DNA of 64,000 nucleotides from an uncultured Gemmatimonadaceae bacterium (GCA_963843845.1 CAWJMB010000002.1:3200001-3264000), one strand, 5' to 3'; positions 50,810 through 59,852 are shown, numbered from the stretch's first letter. Notes: generated from the letters alone by a model not told the origin. Program-made: numbers and translations.

Positions 50810-51663
50810 AGGAGGGCGGCGTGCACGACGGCGGCGTGCACGAGTCCGCGGTGCGGTTCGGGCCGCGCGACGCGCTCGTCGGCGTGCTGACCGCGCCAGC
50901 GCGGACGCCGGACGGCGCGCGGCGCGCCCTCCTCCTCTCGAACGTCGGCACGAACCACCACGTCGGCCCGTTCCGGGTCTGGGTCGCCCTCGCCCGCGCG
51001 CTCGCGGCCGACGGCTGGTACGTGTTCCGCTACGACAGCGCGGGACTCGGCGACAGTCCGGCGCGGGCGAGCGCCGGGGGGGAGGGCGACGCGAACGGCG
51101 CCGACGAGCTGCGCGAGGCGATGCGCTGGCTCACCGCGCACGTCGGCGCGGCCGAGTTCGCGGTCGTCGCGCTCTGCTCGGGCGTGGACGCCGCGCATGC
51201 GGTCGCGGCGACCGACCCGCGCGTCGTCGCCGCCGCGTTCATCGACGGCTACACCTATCGCACCGCGGGGTGGCGCGTGCGGCGGTTCGTGCTGCGCTAT
51301 CTCGACGCCGGGCGCTGGCGCCGCTACGCCGCTCGCCGCGCGCACCGTCTCCGCAGCGGCACCCGCTCGCGGGCCGAGATGTCGGAAGACTCGAGCCCCG
51401 TCTTCGACCGCGCCTATCCGCCGCTCGCCCGGTTCCGCGCCGACGTCGCCGCGATGGCCGCCCGAGGGGCGCGCGCGCACTTCATCTACACCGGCACCGT
51501 CGACCACGCCTACAACGCCGCGGGGCAGCTCTACGAGGCGCTGGGCGCCGGCGTCGACCGCCGAGCCGTCACCGTCGAGCTGCACCGCGGCGCCGACCAC
51601 GTGTTCTCGTCCGTGCAGGACCGCGCCGCGCTCATCGCCTCGCTGCGACGCTTCCTCGCCTGA
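50806..51663 (+). CDS. Alpha/beta hydrolase-fold protein, Cys elbow ALCSG (hydrolase 1-like)
   Basis: 'NVGTNHHVGPFRVWV', 'RYDSAGLGDS', 'ALCSG', 'GADHVF'. GTGA overlap; alternative start 50821 has AAGGAGG. Confidence 0.78.
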   Translation: MKEGGVHDGGVHESAVRFGPRDALVGVLTAPARTPDGARRALLLSNVGTNHHVGPFRVWVALARALAADGWYVFRYDSAGLGDSPARASAGGEGDANGADELREAMRWLTAHVGAAEFAVVALCSGVDAAHAVAATDPRVVAAAFIDGYTYRTAGWRVRRFVLRYLDAGRWRRYAARRAHRLRSGTRSRAEMSEDSSPVFDRAYPPLARFRADVAAMAARGARAHFIYTGTVDHAYNAAGQLYEALGAGVDRRAVTVELHRGADHVFSSVQDRAALIASLRRFLA

Positions 51664-51676
51664 CTGTCGTCCCGCG

Positions 51677-51734
51677 CGCGGTGAGGGACCTCGCTGCCGG
51701 GCCGAGCGCCCGGCCGGCGAGGTCCCTCACCGCG
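51677..51734. terminator. 18-bp-arm hairpin between convergent genes
   Basis: cgcggtgagggacctcgc...gcgaggtccctcaccgcg. Confidence 0.65.
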
Positions 51735-51761
51735 TCGGGGACGGCGGACGTGGAGGCGAGG

Positions 51762-54320
51762 CTACCGCAGCACGATCGTCGAAACGCTCATCGCGGGCAT
51801 CGTGTAGCGCACCGCATTCCCGCTCACGACGACCGCCCCGGCACTGACCGGTGCCGCGCTCGCCGACGTCAGTGTGTACGCCGTGCCGGTCGTCACCACG
51901 CGAGGCGCGCCGACCTGGATGCTCGCCGTCCGCGCCGCGGTCGTCTTGTTGATCGCGATCACGACGACGTTCCCCGCGGCGTCGAGGCTCGCGTAGACCG
52001 AGCTGTTCGCGTTGTCGGTCGTCGTCGCCGCGAGGCCGGTGTCGCCGAAGCGGCCGCCGACGCCGTCGTAGTTCAGGAACATGCGGAACGCGGCGAACGC
52101 GTAGCGATAGGCGGTCGCGCCATTCCCCCCGTAGCCAGGCGCCCAGACGTCGGTGAGCGGCCACAGCGTCGCCGCGTAGACCCCCTCGCGGCCGAAGATG
52201 CCCAACGCGTCGGCCTGCGCCACGCCGCCGCTCACGTCGCCGGTGCGGCCGAAGCTGTACTCGGTGATCGCGATCTTCGTCCCCGGATAGCGCGCGGCGA
52301 TCTTCTCGCGCAGCCGCGGAATGAGCCGCACCGGCCCGCCGGCGTTCGACGAGACCCACGTCCCCTCGGTGTACGTCGGGTCCCACAGCGAGCGCGGCGC
52401 CTGCACGCGCTGCGTCACCATCGCCGCGTCCTGCGCCGCCCAGTCGTTGATGACGCGCCCCGCGTTCGTGCCGCTCTCCGGGTACCAGTGCACGTCGAGC
52501 ACGTCGACCAACCGCCGGCCGTTCGCCGTCTCCGCCGCCTTCATGCGGTCGAGGTAGACGTCGAGGAAGAACTGCGAGCCGTACGCCGGGTCGGGCGACG
52601 GGTAGCGACCGAGCGTCGCCATGCCGGCCCACGTCGCGACCGCGGGACCGAGGACGACCGCGTTCGGGAAGACGGCCTTGACCGCCTTCGCGTACGCGAC
52701 GGTCCTGTCGGAGAACCCGGTATACGTCTGCAGGTCGCTCTGCACTTCGGCGTGCGTGCCGTGCCAGAGGTCGGGCTCGTTGTCGAGGCTCACGAGCACC
52801 GGGTTGAGCGCGCTCGCGGCGGCGCCCGGGTAGGTGCGGACGAACCAGTTCACGAACTCGTCCTGCGCCACGCCGCCGTCGGTCGTCGACGGCGTCAGCG
52901 AGAGCGCGCTCCCCTTCGCGGCGCGGTTCGGAACGAAGTGCGCCGCCAGGCGCGACGCGCGCGTCGCCCGCAGCGTGTCGAGCGGAACGCCCCGCGCGTC
53001 GGCGGCGACGTAGTCGAGCATCGGGACGGTCAACAGCAGCCCCGCGCCGCGCGCGAACGTCGGCGTCGCGCGCTGGCTGACCGCGGCGCCCGGCGACTGA
53101 CTGCTGCTCAGATAGGTGTCGTTCTGATAGTGCCAGTCGTTGCCGGCATTGCTGTGGTTGGTCTCCCAGTTGTACGCGGACAGCCGATTGCCGCCGATCC
53201 GATTGAGCGTCAGTTCGGCCGGCGTCGACGCGTTCCCCCAGATCGACGCGTCGGTGATGAAGTTCGCGCCGTAGACGTAGCGGGAGATCGCGTGGGTGCG
53301 CGTCGGATCGATCGTGAACGTGTAGTCGACCGGAAGGGTCGCCGGCGCCGCGGCGACCGTGATCGGCAGCGTGCCTCGCCGCGCGCCGGACGTCGCGGTG
53401 ATGAGCGCGGTGCCGGCGGCGATGGCGCGCACGCTCTGCGCCGTCGTGGTCGCCCCCGCGGCCGCCGTCGTGCTCGCCGTCGCCGGCGCGGCGATCGTCG
53501 GTGCGCTCGACGCCCACGCGATCGGCGCCGCGGTCACGATGCGGCCCCCCGCGTCGCGCACGGTCGCGGTCACCGTCCCCGAGCCACCGGCGACGAGCCC
53601 CAGCGAGCTCCCCGCCGGCGTCGGCGCGAGCTCGACCCACCCCTCGGGGAACGGCACCGTCGCGTTCAGGTACACGCCGAACGTGAACGACTTCACCGTC
53701 GCCGGCACCGAGAAGCGGAGCGTCATCGCCGGCGCTCGCTGGATCGGGTCGAGCGCCGGCGCGAGCGTCACCGCCGGCAGCGCGCGCCCGTCGGGAGAGG
53801 ACGCCGCGTCGGTGGCGAGCGTGCCGGTGGCCGGCCCGATGAGCGACACCGCGCCGGTGCCGTTCGCGACCGCCGGTGCCGTCACGAACACGAGCCGCAC
53901 CCCGACATTCCCGGGAGCGCTCGACAGTCGCTGGCTGAGCATGTTCATCACGGCGACGTCGAACGACACCGTGGCGCCGGACACGACGACGTTCGACCCG
54001 GCGATCGAGTAGTTGATCGGCAGGCCGCCGAGCAGCGTGGAGCCGTCGCGCCCGACGACGATCGCCGACGGACCGCTCGGCGCGCCGGCGGCCACTGGCG
54101 AGTCGGCGCACGTCACTCGCTTCAGCGAGAGGTCGACCGTGCAGAGCGCGCGCGGCGGCAGCGTCACCACCGCGCCCGCCGCGTCGGACGGTCCGTCCCC
54201 CGGTTCGAGCGCGCGCGTCGCGCCGTCGCGACCGGCGCAGGCGGCGAACAGCGTGGCGGTGGAGAGCGCGCCGAACAGCGCGGCCGTGAGACGTCGTGGC
54301 GTCAGGAAGGAGCCGGGCAT
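51762..54320 (-). CDS. Secreted lipoprotein with Ig-like domain and GH44 glycoside hydrolase domain
   Basis: Lipobox FAAC; 'RIGGNRLSAYNWETN', 'LDNEPDLWHGTH', 'DVLDVHWYPE', 'APRSLWDPTY', 'IAITEY'. Confidence 0.85.
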   Translation of the reverse strand: MPGSFLTPRRLTAALFGALSTATLFAACAGRDGATRALEPGDGPSDAAGAVVTLPPRALCTVDLSLKRVTCADSPVAAGAPSGPSAIVVGRDGSTLLGGLPINYSIAGSNVVVSGATVSFDVAVMNMLSQRLSSAPGNVGVRLVFVTAPAVANGTGAVSLIGPATGTLATDAASSPDGRALPAVTLAPALDPIQRAPAMTLRFSVPATVKSFTFGVYLNATVPFPEGWVELAPTPAGSSLGLVAGGSGTVTATVRDAGGRIVTAAPIAWASSAPTIAAPATASTTAAAGATTTAQSVRAIAAGTALITATSGARRGTLPITVAAAPATLPVDYTFTIDPTRTHAISRYVYGANFITDASIWGNASTPAELTLNRIGGNRLSAYNWETNHSNAGNDWHYQNDTYLSSSQSPGAAVSQRATPTFARGAGLLLTVPMLDYVAADARGVPLDTLRATRASRLAAHFVPNRAAKGSALSLTPSTTDGGVAQDEFVNWFVRTYPGAAASALNPVLVSLDNEPDLWHGTHAEVQSDLQTYTGFSDRTVAYAKAVKAVFPNAVVLGPAVATWAGMATLGRYPSPDPAYGSQFFLDVYLDRMKAAETANGRRLVDVLDVHWYPESGTNAGRVINDWAAQDAAMVTQRVQAPRSLWDPTYTEGTWVSSNAGGPVRLIPRLREKIAARYPGTKIAITEYSFGRTGDVSGGVAQADALGIFGREGVYAATLWPLTDVWAPGYGGNGATAYRYAFAAFRMFLNYDGVGGRFGDTGLAATTTDNANSSVYASLDAAGNVVVIAINKTTAARTASIQVGAPRVVTTGTAYTLTSASAAPVSAGAVVVSGNAVRYTMPAMSVSTIVLR

Positions 54321-54733
54321 GAGGGCGGGGGCGGGGGCGGGAGGACTGTGCGACGACCACGGACGACGACGGACGAACACGGACGACAGCGCTACGGTGC
54401 AGTCTCCGGCGCACACGCAGGGGTGATGCCGGTCACCACTATCCTACCACCGCTGTACAGTGTCGCACCGATCCGACAGTGCGCACCGCCGCTGTTGGGC
54501 GGACGCCACACGATGGGTCGACTGTCGTGTCGCGCAAGCGCGACGACTGTGACCGAGTATCGGCGCGGTAAGTCGAAGGCGCACATAGCACTCGGTCCGC
54601 GCGGCGCGCGGCGCGACAGTCGAGTCGGGGACGTGCGGCGACTGGTATGTGCCCTGCCCTCCGAGGGTGCGCGACGAGCCGGTCGTCGTCGCCGATGTGC
54701 TGCCGCTCGACCACTCCTTTCGGACTCCGCCGC

Positions 54734-55540
54734 ATGCGATCACCGATCAGTTCATTCACCGCACGTCTCGCGGGCGCGGCACTCGCTCTCGCGACGGCTA
54801 CCGCCGCGGCTCCCGCCGCGCAGGCGCAGGACACCGGCGTCCTGCAGTTCAGCGAAGCCGGCACGATCGCCTTCACGTCCATCAGCAGCGGCCAGCTCGA
54901 CGTCGGCCGCCTGAAGGGCACGCTGCTCGACCTGAACGGCGCCGCGGTCAACACGCCGCTCGACCTGTTCTGCGTCGACCTGTACCACTTCGTCACGTTC
55001 GACCTCTCCGGGTGGAACGTCTACCTCACGAACCTCGGCACGGGCGACGTCAGCAGGACGCGTCAGGGCGGGATCAACCCCGCGACCATGACGCCGGCGT
55101 ATCCGGGCGCGCTCGATCAGTACCGCAAGCAGGCGTGGCTCGCCGACCAGTACGCGACGGTGACGACGGCGGCCGACACGGCGGGCATCCAGGCGGCGAT
55201 GTGGCTGCAGTTCGAGCCGTCGCTCGCGCCCTGGTTCCCGGCGACGCTCGACGAGGCGCTCGCGACGGCGACGTGGCTGGTGAACGCCGACGCGTTCTCC
55301 CTGACGTCCGACTTCACGACATACGACTGGAGCCGCTTCACGATCATCACCGACGCCTCCTCGGTCGGGCTCGGGAGCAACGACTATCGCGGGCTCCAGG
55401 AGCTGGTCACGATCGACGGCTTCGGCGCGACGACGACGACGCCCGAGCCGGCCGGCATGGCGCTGCTCGCGACCGGGCTCGCGGGCCTGGGCGTGACCGT
55501 CCGCCGCCGCACGAGGCAGCAGGGCCGGCAGCGCGACTGA
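54734..55540 (+). CDS. PEP-CTERM surface protein (FCVDL...AIQAAMW type)
   Basis: Signal peptide AQA; 'LFCVDL', 'GIQAAMW'; C-terminal TPEP-TM-RRR. Confidence 0.85.
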   Translation: MRSPISSFTARLAGAALALATATAAAPAAQAQDTGVLQFSEAGTIAFTSISSGQLDVGRLKGTLLDLNGAAVNTPLDLFCVDLYHFVTFDLSGWNVYLTNLGTGDVSRTRQGGINPATMTPAYPGALDQYRKQAWLADQYATVTTAADTAGIQAAMWLQFEPSLAPWFPATLDEALATATWLVNADAFSLTSDFTTYDWSRFTIITDASSVGLGSNDYRGLQELVTIDGFGATTTTPEPAGMALLATGLAGLGVTVRRRTRQQGRQRD

Positions 55541-55732
55541 CGACTGTCACAGTTCGTACGACAGTGCGGCCCCGGGATCGGCGATCCCGGGGCCGCACTG
55601 TTCTCGACTGTCACAGCGCCCACGAGACAGCGCCGCGCGCCCCGGAGCTCCGGGGCGCGCGGCGCTGTCCCTGTCTACCATCGCGACAGTCGCCGGCGAT
55701 CGCGACTGTCCCGACAGTCGCGATCGCCGGCG
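55541..55732. repeat. Three consecutive perfect palindromes with shared GACAG/CTGTC motifs
   Basis: 55561-55601 (20-bp arms), 55626-55669 (22-bp arms), 55691-55732 (20-bp arms); cgactgtcacag repeated at 55541 and 55605. Confidence 0.85.
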
Positions 55733-55743
55733 CGCTCAGCGCG

Positions 55744-56061
55744 TCACACGTCGCCGCGGTCGAGAATCCGGCGTGCCACCTGGTCGACCACCGCGGTCGA
55801 GTTGTACGCGCCCTCGAGCACGCGCTTCCGCAGCTCGGCCACGCGCTCCGGTGACAGCGAGCCCGACGCGGACACGCCACGCTCCTCGGTCGCGAGCGTG
55901 CGCCCGGCGTCCGAGATCTGTACGGTGTCGCTTCCGCGCCCGCGCGTGCCGCCGACGCCGGCTGCCGGCTGCGGGTCGACGCCAGGCGACGGCGCGATCC
56001 CCCCCGTCGGCTTCGTCACCGTCGGTTGGATCGCGGGGTTGGTCTGTCCAGTGATTTTCAT
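55744..56061 (-). CDS. flgM: Anti-sigma-28 factor FlgM
   Basis: 'DTVQISDAGR', 'ERVAELRKRVLEGAYNS..V..VARRIL'; flagellar context. Confidence 0.82.
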   Translation of the reverse strand: MKITGQTNPAIQPTVTKPTGGIAPSPGVDPQPAAGVGGTRGRGSDTVQISDAGRTLATEERGVSASGSLSPERVAELRKRVLEGAYNSTAVVDQVARRILDRGDV

Positions 56062-56085
56062 GTTGGCATGCCTCCTTGCAACCGA

Positions 56086-56112
56086 GTATCGGCGGGCGCC
56101 CGCAGAACTTTA
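56086..56112 (-). promoter_or_regulatory. Sigma-28 promoter of flgM
   Basis: TAAAGTTC-N11-GCCGATAC on the minus strand, followed by AAGGAGG. Confidence 0.85.
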
Positions 56113-56136
56113 CCGCGCCCACACATCACAACCACG

Positions 56137-56697
56137 TCAGAATCGTACGTCGAGTCGCCGCGCTCCGCCGTCGTGTGCCGCATCGCCGTCCACACCGTAG
56201 CTCGCCGGGTCGACGCCCGGAAACCGTCCGTCGAGCGACCCGCCGATCCCTGCCGCCCGCGCCTCGACGAGCGCCCCGCCGAGCGACGCGAGCTCGTCGC
56301 CGAGCCGCTCGGCCTCGACGGCCGCGACCGCGCCCGCCGCCTCCGCGTCTGACGCCGACCCGGAGCGCGCTGGCGCCGGAAGCAGCGTGCCGCGCGCCGC
56401 GCCGGCGACGTACGCTCGCAGCGCGAGGTCGTGCGCGAGGTGCGCGTCCAGCTCCGCGACCGCGTCGCCGTACGCCTCGCCGAACGCCGCGCTGCCGTCA
56501 CCCCGATGCACGCTCCGCATCTCGTCGTACTGCTCGGCGAGCGCGGCGCGCGCGTCGGCGAGGGCGCGCGGCACGCCGGCCGCCTGCCCCGGGTCGGCGC
56601 TCCACGCGGCCACGACTTCGTCGCGCGCGAGCGCCGCGTACTGGGCGTAGAGCGCGAGGCGCGCCTCGAGGCGGGCGGAGGGAGACGACGTAGCCAT
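56137..56697 (-). CDS. Hypothetical helical flagellar-locus protein (FlgN/FliT-like position)
   Basis: Co-oriented in the late flagellar cluster; ends in a 'RRLDVRF' tail. Confidence 0.55.
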   Translation of the reverse strand: MATSSPSARLEARLALYAQYAALARDEVVAAWSADPGQAAGVPRALADARAALAEQYDEMRSVHRGDGSAAFGEAYGDAVAELDAHLAHDLALRAYVAGAARGTLLPAPARSGSASDAEAAGAVAAVEAERLGDELASLGGALVEARAAGIGGSLDGRFPGVDPASYGVDGDAAHDGGARRLDVRF

Positions 56698-56752
56698 GCG
56701 AGGAGGGACGATCGACGGCGGGGGCGGGCAACGAGTCCCGATCCCGGCCGTC

Positions 56753-57178
56753 CTACGGCACCAACACCAGCGGCGCCGTCCGCCGAGGCTCCTCGAGCTG
56801 CACGTGCAGCAGGTTCGCGTAGCGCAGCGCCTCGTCGACCGGGCGCAGGATCGACTCGATCGCCTGCCGCGCCGCCGCACCCTCCGGCTCGCGCGCGAGG
56901 CGGTGCCGCGCGGCGGAGAGGTCGGCGAGCAGCGGCTCGAGCTGGACCAGGAGCCGCTCCCGCTCGTGCAGCGCCTCGACGAGGGCGCGGTCGTCGCCGC
57001 CGCTGACGGCGTCGAGCGCCGTCGTCACGAGATCGCCGAACCGCTCGAGCAGCCCGACGGCGGCAGTGGCCTGCCAGGCGAGGCGGCTGCTGTCTTCGAG
57101 CGGGTGCGCCGCCACCAGCGGGGTGAGGGGCACGACCCGAGCCGCCGGTCGCGCCGGGCGCACGGAGACGCCGCTCAC
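56753..57178 (-). CDS. Hypothetical FliT-like helical protein
   Basis: GTG overlaps the fliS stop; 'ALDAVSGGDDRALVEALHERERLLVQL'. Confidence 0.55.
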   Translation of the reverse strand: MSGVSVRPARPAARVVPLTPLVAAHPLEDSSRLAWQATAAVGLLERFGDLVTTALDAVSGGDDRALVEALHERERLLVQLEPLLADLSAARHRLAREPEGAAARQAIESILRPVDEALRYANLLHVQLEEPRRTAPLVLVP

Positions 57179-57738
57179 GCGCTGCGCGCGACGGCCGCCG
57201 CGACGACGGGGCCGGGAGAGACGCTCGACGAGCTCGACGAGCTCGACGAGCCCGGCGTGACGACGAGCTGGGCGACGACGGTCGCGAACGCGTCGCGCAG
57301 CTCGCTCGCCATGCGGATCACGACGTCGATGCGGGCGGTCTGCTGGTCGCGGTTCGCGGCGAGCAGCTCGCCCTGCATGTACGCGTAGAGCGTGTCGAGC
57401 TGCGGCGAGATGTCGCCGCCGTTCGCGTGGTCGAGCGACACCCGGAGCTCGGCGATCATGTCGTGCGCCCGCAGCAGCAGGTCGCACCGCTCCTCGATGC
57501 GCCGCGCCTCGCAGGCCAGGCGGCCGCGGCGCAGCGTGAGCAGCATCTTCTCGAACAGCAGCACGACGAGCTGCCCCGGCGTCGCCGCCAGGAGCTCGGC
57601 GTCGCGGTAGCGCGAGGCGGGGGCGGCGTATGGCGACCCGGCCGGAGGGGTCGCCGCGTGCGACGTCGCAGTGCGCGACGGGAGGGGAGACGGACGCACG
57701 GCAGGCGCGGGGCGGGAGTACGTGGCCAGGGCGCTCAT
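57175..57738 (-). CDS. fliS: Flagellin export chaperone FliS
   Basis: 'YRDAELLAATPGQLVVLLFE', 'IAELRVSLD..GGDISPQLDTLYAY', 'ELRDAF'. Confidence 0.9.
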   Translation of the reverse strand: MSALATYSRPAPAVRPSPLPSRTATSHAATPPAGSPYAAPASRYRDAELLAATPGQLVVLLFEKMLLTLRRGRLACEARRIEERCDLLLRAHDMIAELRVSLDHANGGDISPQLDTLYAYMQGELLAANRDQQTARIDVVIRMASELRDAFATVVAQLVVTPGSSSSSSSSSVSPGPVVAAAVARSA

Positions 57739-57794
57739 TCGGTAGGGAGATCGTGTCGCGTCGAGGGACAGGAGTCGTGCGGTGCTGGACATCA

Positions 57795-57822
57795 GTATCG
57801 GCACCGCGCACCCCTCGCTTCA
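57795..57822 (-). promoter_or_regulatory. Sigma-28-like promoter of fliS
   Basis: TGAAG-N15-GCCGATAC. Confidence 0.65.
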
Positions 57823-57878
57823 GCGAGAGCGCCCCACGACCTCGCGGGGCGGTCGGTGGCGGCCACCGCCTGAACGCG

Positions 57879-57913
57879 ACGTCCCCCGAGAGCGCGAAGC
57901 CCTCGGGGGACGT
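57879..57913 (-). terminator. Hairpin downstream of the 57942-58448 gene
   Basis: acgtcccccgag...ctcgggggacgt. Confidence 0.55.
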
Positions 57914-57941
57914 GATCCCGAACCGGGCGTGCCGCCCGCGC

Positions 57942-58448
57942 TCAGCCGCGCCGGTCGAGAATGCGCGGCGGGAGGGCACTCTTCGCCGCGTAGGGCGCGC
58001 CCCCGTCCGCGCCGTCGTCGGTCGTCCCACTCCCGGGCACGATGCCGGCGTCGCTCAGCTGGCGGCCGTACGCGTCGCGCCACGCCTCGAGCTGCGAGGT
58101 CAGGTTGTGGATCGCCGTCTCCGCCTTCCGCGCCTCGCGCATCATGTCGTGCATGCGGCGTTCGAGTTCGCGCAGCTCGCTCTCCGACGCCTGCGCCGCG
58201 GCCGTGTCGACGGTCGCGCGGACCGCCTGCGTGCCGTCGTGCAGCGCCGCGACGTCCTGTGCGACGCTCGCCGTGTACTCCGCCACCTGGTCGAAGTCGC
58301 CGGACGTGGCGGGCCCGTGCTGCGCCGCCGCGTCGCGCGCGAAGCGGCGGTACGCGGCACGCTGCGCCTCGAGGGCGTCGAGCGCGGCGCGTTGCGAGAC
58401 CGGACTGATGGCTGCGGAGACGGAGCTGATGGAGCTGATGGAACTCAT
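57942..58448 (-). CDS. Hypothetical coiled-coil flagellar-locus protein
   Basis: Follows fliD; helical; ends 'PRILDRRG'. Confidence 0.65.
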   Translation of the reverse strand: MSSISSISSVSAAISPVSQRAALDALEAQRAAYRRFARDAAAQHGPATSGDFDQVAEYTASVAQDVAALHDGTQAVRATVDTAAAQASESELRELERRMHDMMREARKAETAIHNLTSQLEAWRDAYGRQLSDAGIVPGSGTTDDGADGGAPYAAKSALPPRILDRRG

Positions 58449-58491
58449 GACAGTGCCCCCTGGGGCAAGCGGCGCTTCGGGGAGAGGAGGG

Positions 58492-59852
58492 TCAGTTGCG
58501 ATTGCTGCCGTTGGCGAGACCGGTGATCTGTGAGGCGAGCGCGTCGCTGATCGTCTTCAGACGGCCGAGGAGCGCCTCACTGCGCGAGTACTGCTGCAGT
58601 AGCGCCGTCCGCTTCTTGTCGAGCCGCGAGTCGATGTCGTTGATGCGGAGCTGCATCGCCTCGCTCTGCGTGCCGATCGCGGCGGTCCGGCGGTCGATCG
58701 CGCCGGTCGCCGTGGCGGTGAGTCCGTCGAGCAGCGTGGAGAGGGCGCCCATCCGGTCGGCGAGCAGCGTCTTCACGTCGCTCACGCGCGCCGGATACGC
58801 CGCGTTCCATCTCGCCGCGTCGAACGAGGCCGTGCCGTCCTTCGCGAGCGTGACGCCGACCGCGCCGAGCCGCGCGAGGTCGTCCGCCGTCGTCGCCCCG
58901 CCTTCGCCGAGCATCGCCTGCGACAGCGCGCTGCGCGTCGTGCGGAGCATGGCGTCGTTGGCGAGCACGCCCTTCCCCGCCTCGGTCGCCGTCTTCGTGA
59001 GTGCGTGCAGCTTGTTGTACGCCTCGACGAAGCCGCGCACCGCGGTGGCGCCCGCGCTGTCCTGCCGCGTGATCGTGATCGTGCTCGTGCCGAGCGCCGA
59101 GAGGGCGACCGAGACGCCGGGGATGACGTCGTCGAACGCGTTCGACGCGCGCTCCACGTCGACGGTGTCGTCGATGCGCAGGAGCGCGTTCGTCGCGACG
59201 ATCGGCGGCGCGCCGCCGATGCCGAGCGCCGACACGAGCGAGGTGCCGTTGCTCGGGTCGTCCGCCGCCGTGAACGCCGCCGCCGCGCCGGTCTTGAGCC
59301 CGCTGAGCACGAGGCGCTGGCTCCCGCCGGTCGTGTCGGCGAGCAGCGACGCCTGCACGTTCGACGCCCCCGAGACCGCGTTGATCTTGTCGCGCACCGC
59401 GGCGAGCGTGTCGGTGCTCACGAGGTCGACGTTCTGCCCGCCGATCACGAGGCGCCCCGTCAGGTCGAGCGCCGGCCCACCACTCGCGAACGTCACCGTG
59501 CCGATCGTCTTCTGCGACTGCGCGAGCTGCGTGACCGCCAGCGTGTAGCTCCCCGGCGACGCCGCACTCCCCGCGACGGCCGACGCGACCGTGCGCCCCC
59601 CGCGTCGGTCCCCGACGTCGCCGCCGTGAACGCGTCGAACGCCGAGCCGTCCTTGAGGCTGTCGGTCGCGCTCTTCAGCGACGCGACGGCCGCGCGGTAC
59701 TGCTCGAACGCCTCCTTGCGCTTCGTGTTCGCGGTGATCGCCGTCTCCAGCTTCGCGGCGGGCCGCCGCTCGAGCGACATGATCGAGTCGACGAGTGCTT
59801 TCCAGTCGACTCCGCTCGAGACGCCGGAGATGGAGCTGAGTGAGTCTGGCAT
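58492..59852 (-). CDS. fliD: Flagellar filament cap FliD (frameshift near 59590)
   Basis: 'ISGVSSGVDWKALVDSIMSLERRP', 'SYTLAVTQLAQSQ', 'SNAFDDVIPGV', 'FVEAYNKL', 'LLQQYSRSEALLGRL'. Confidence 0.9.
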
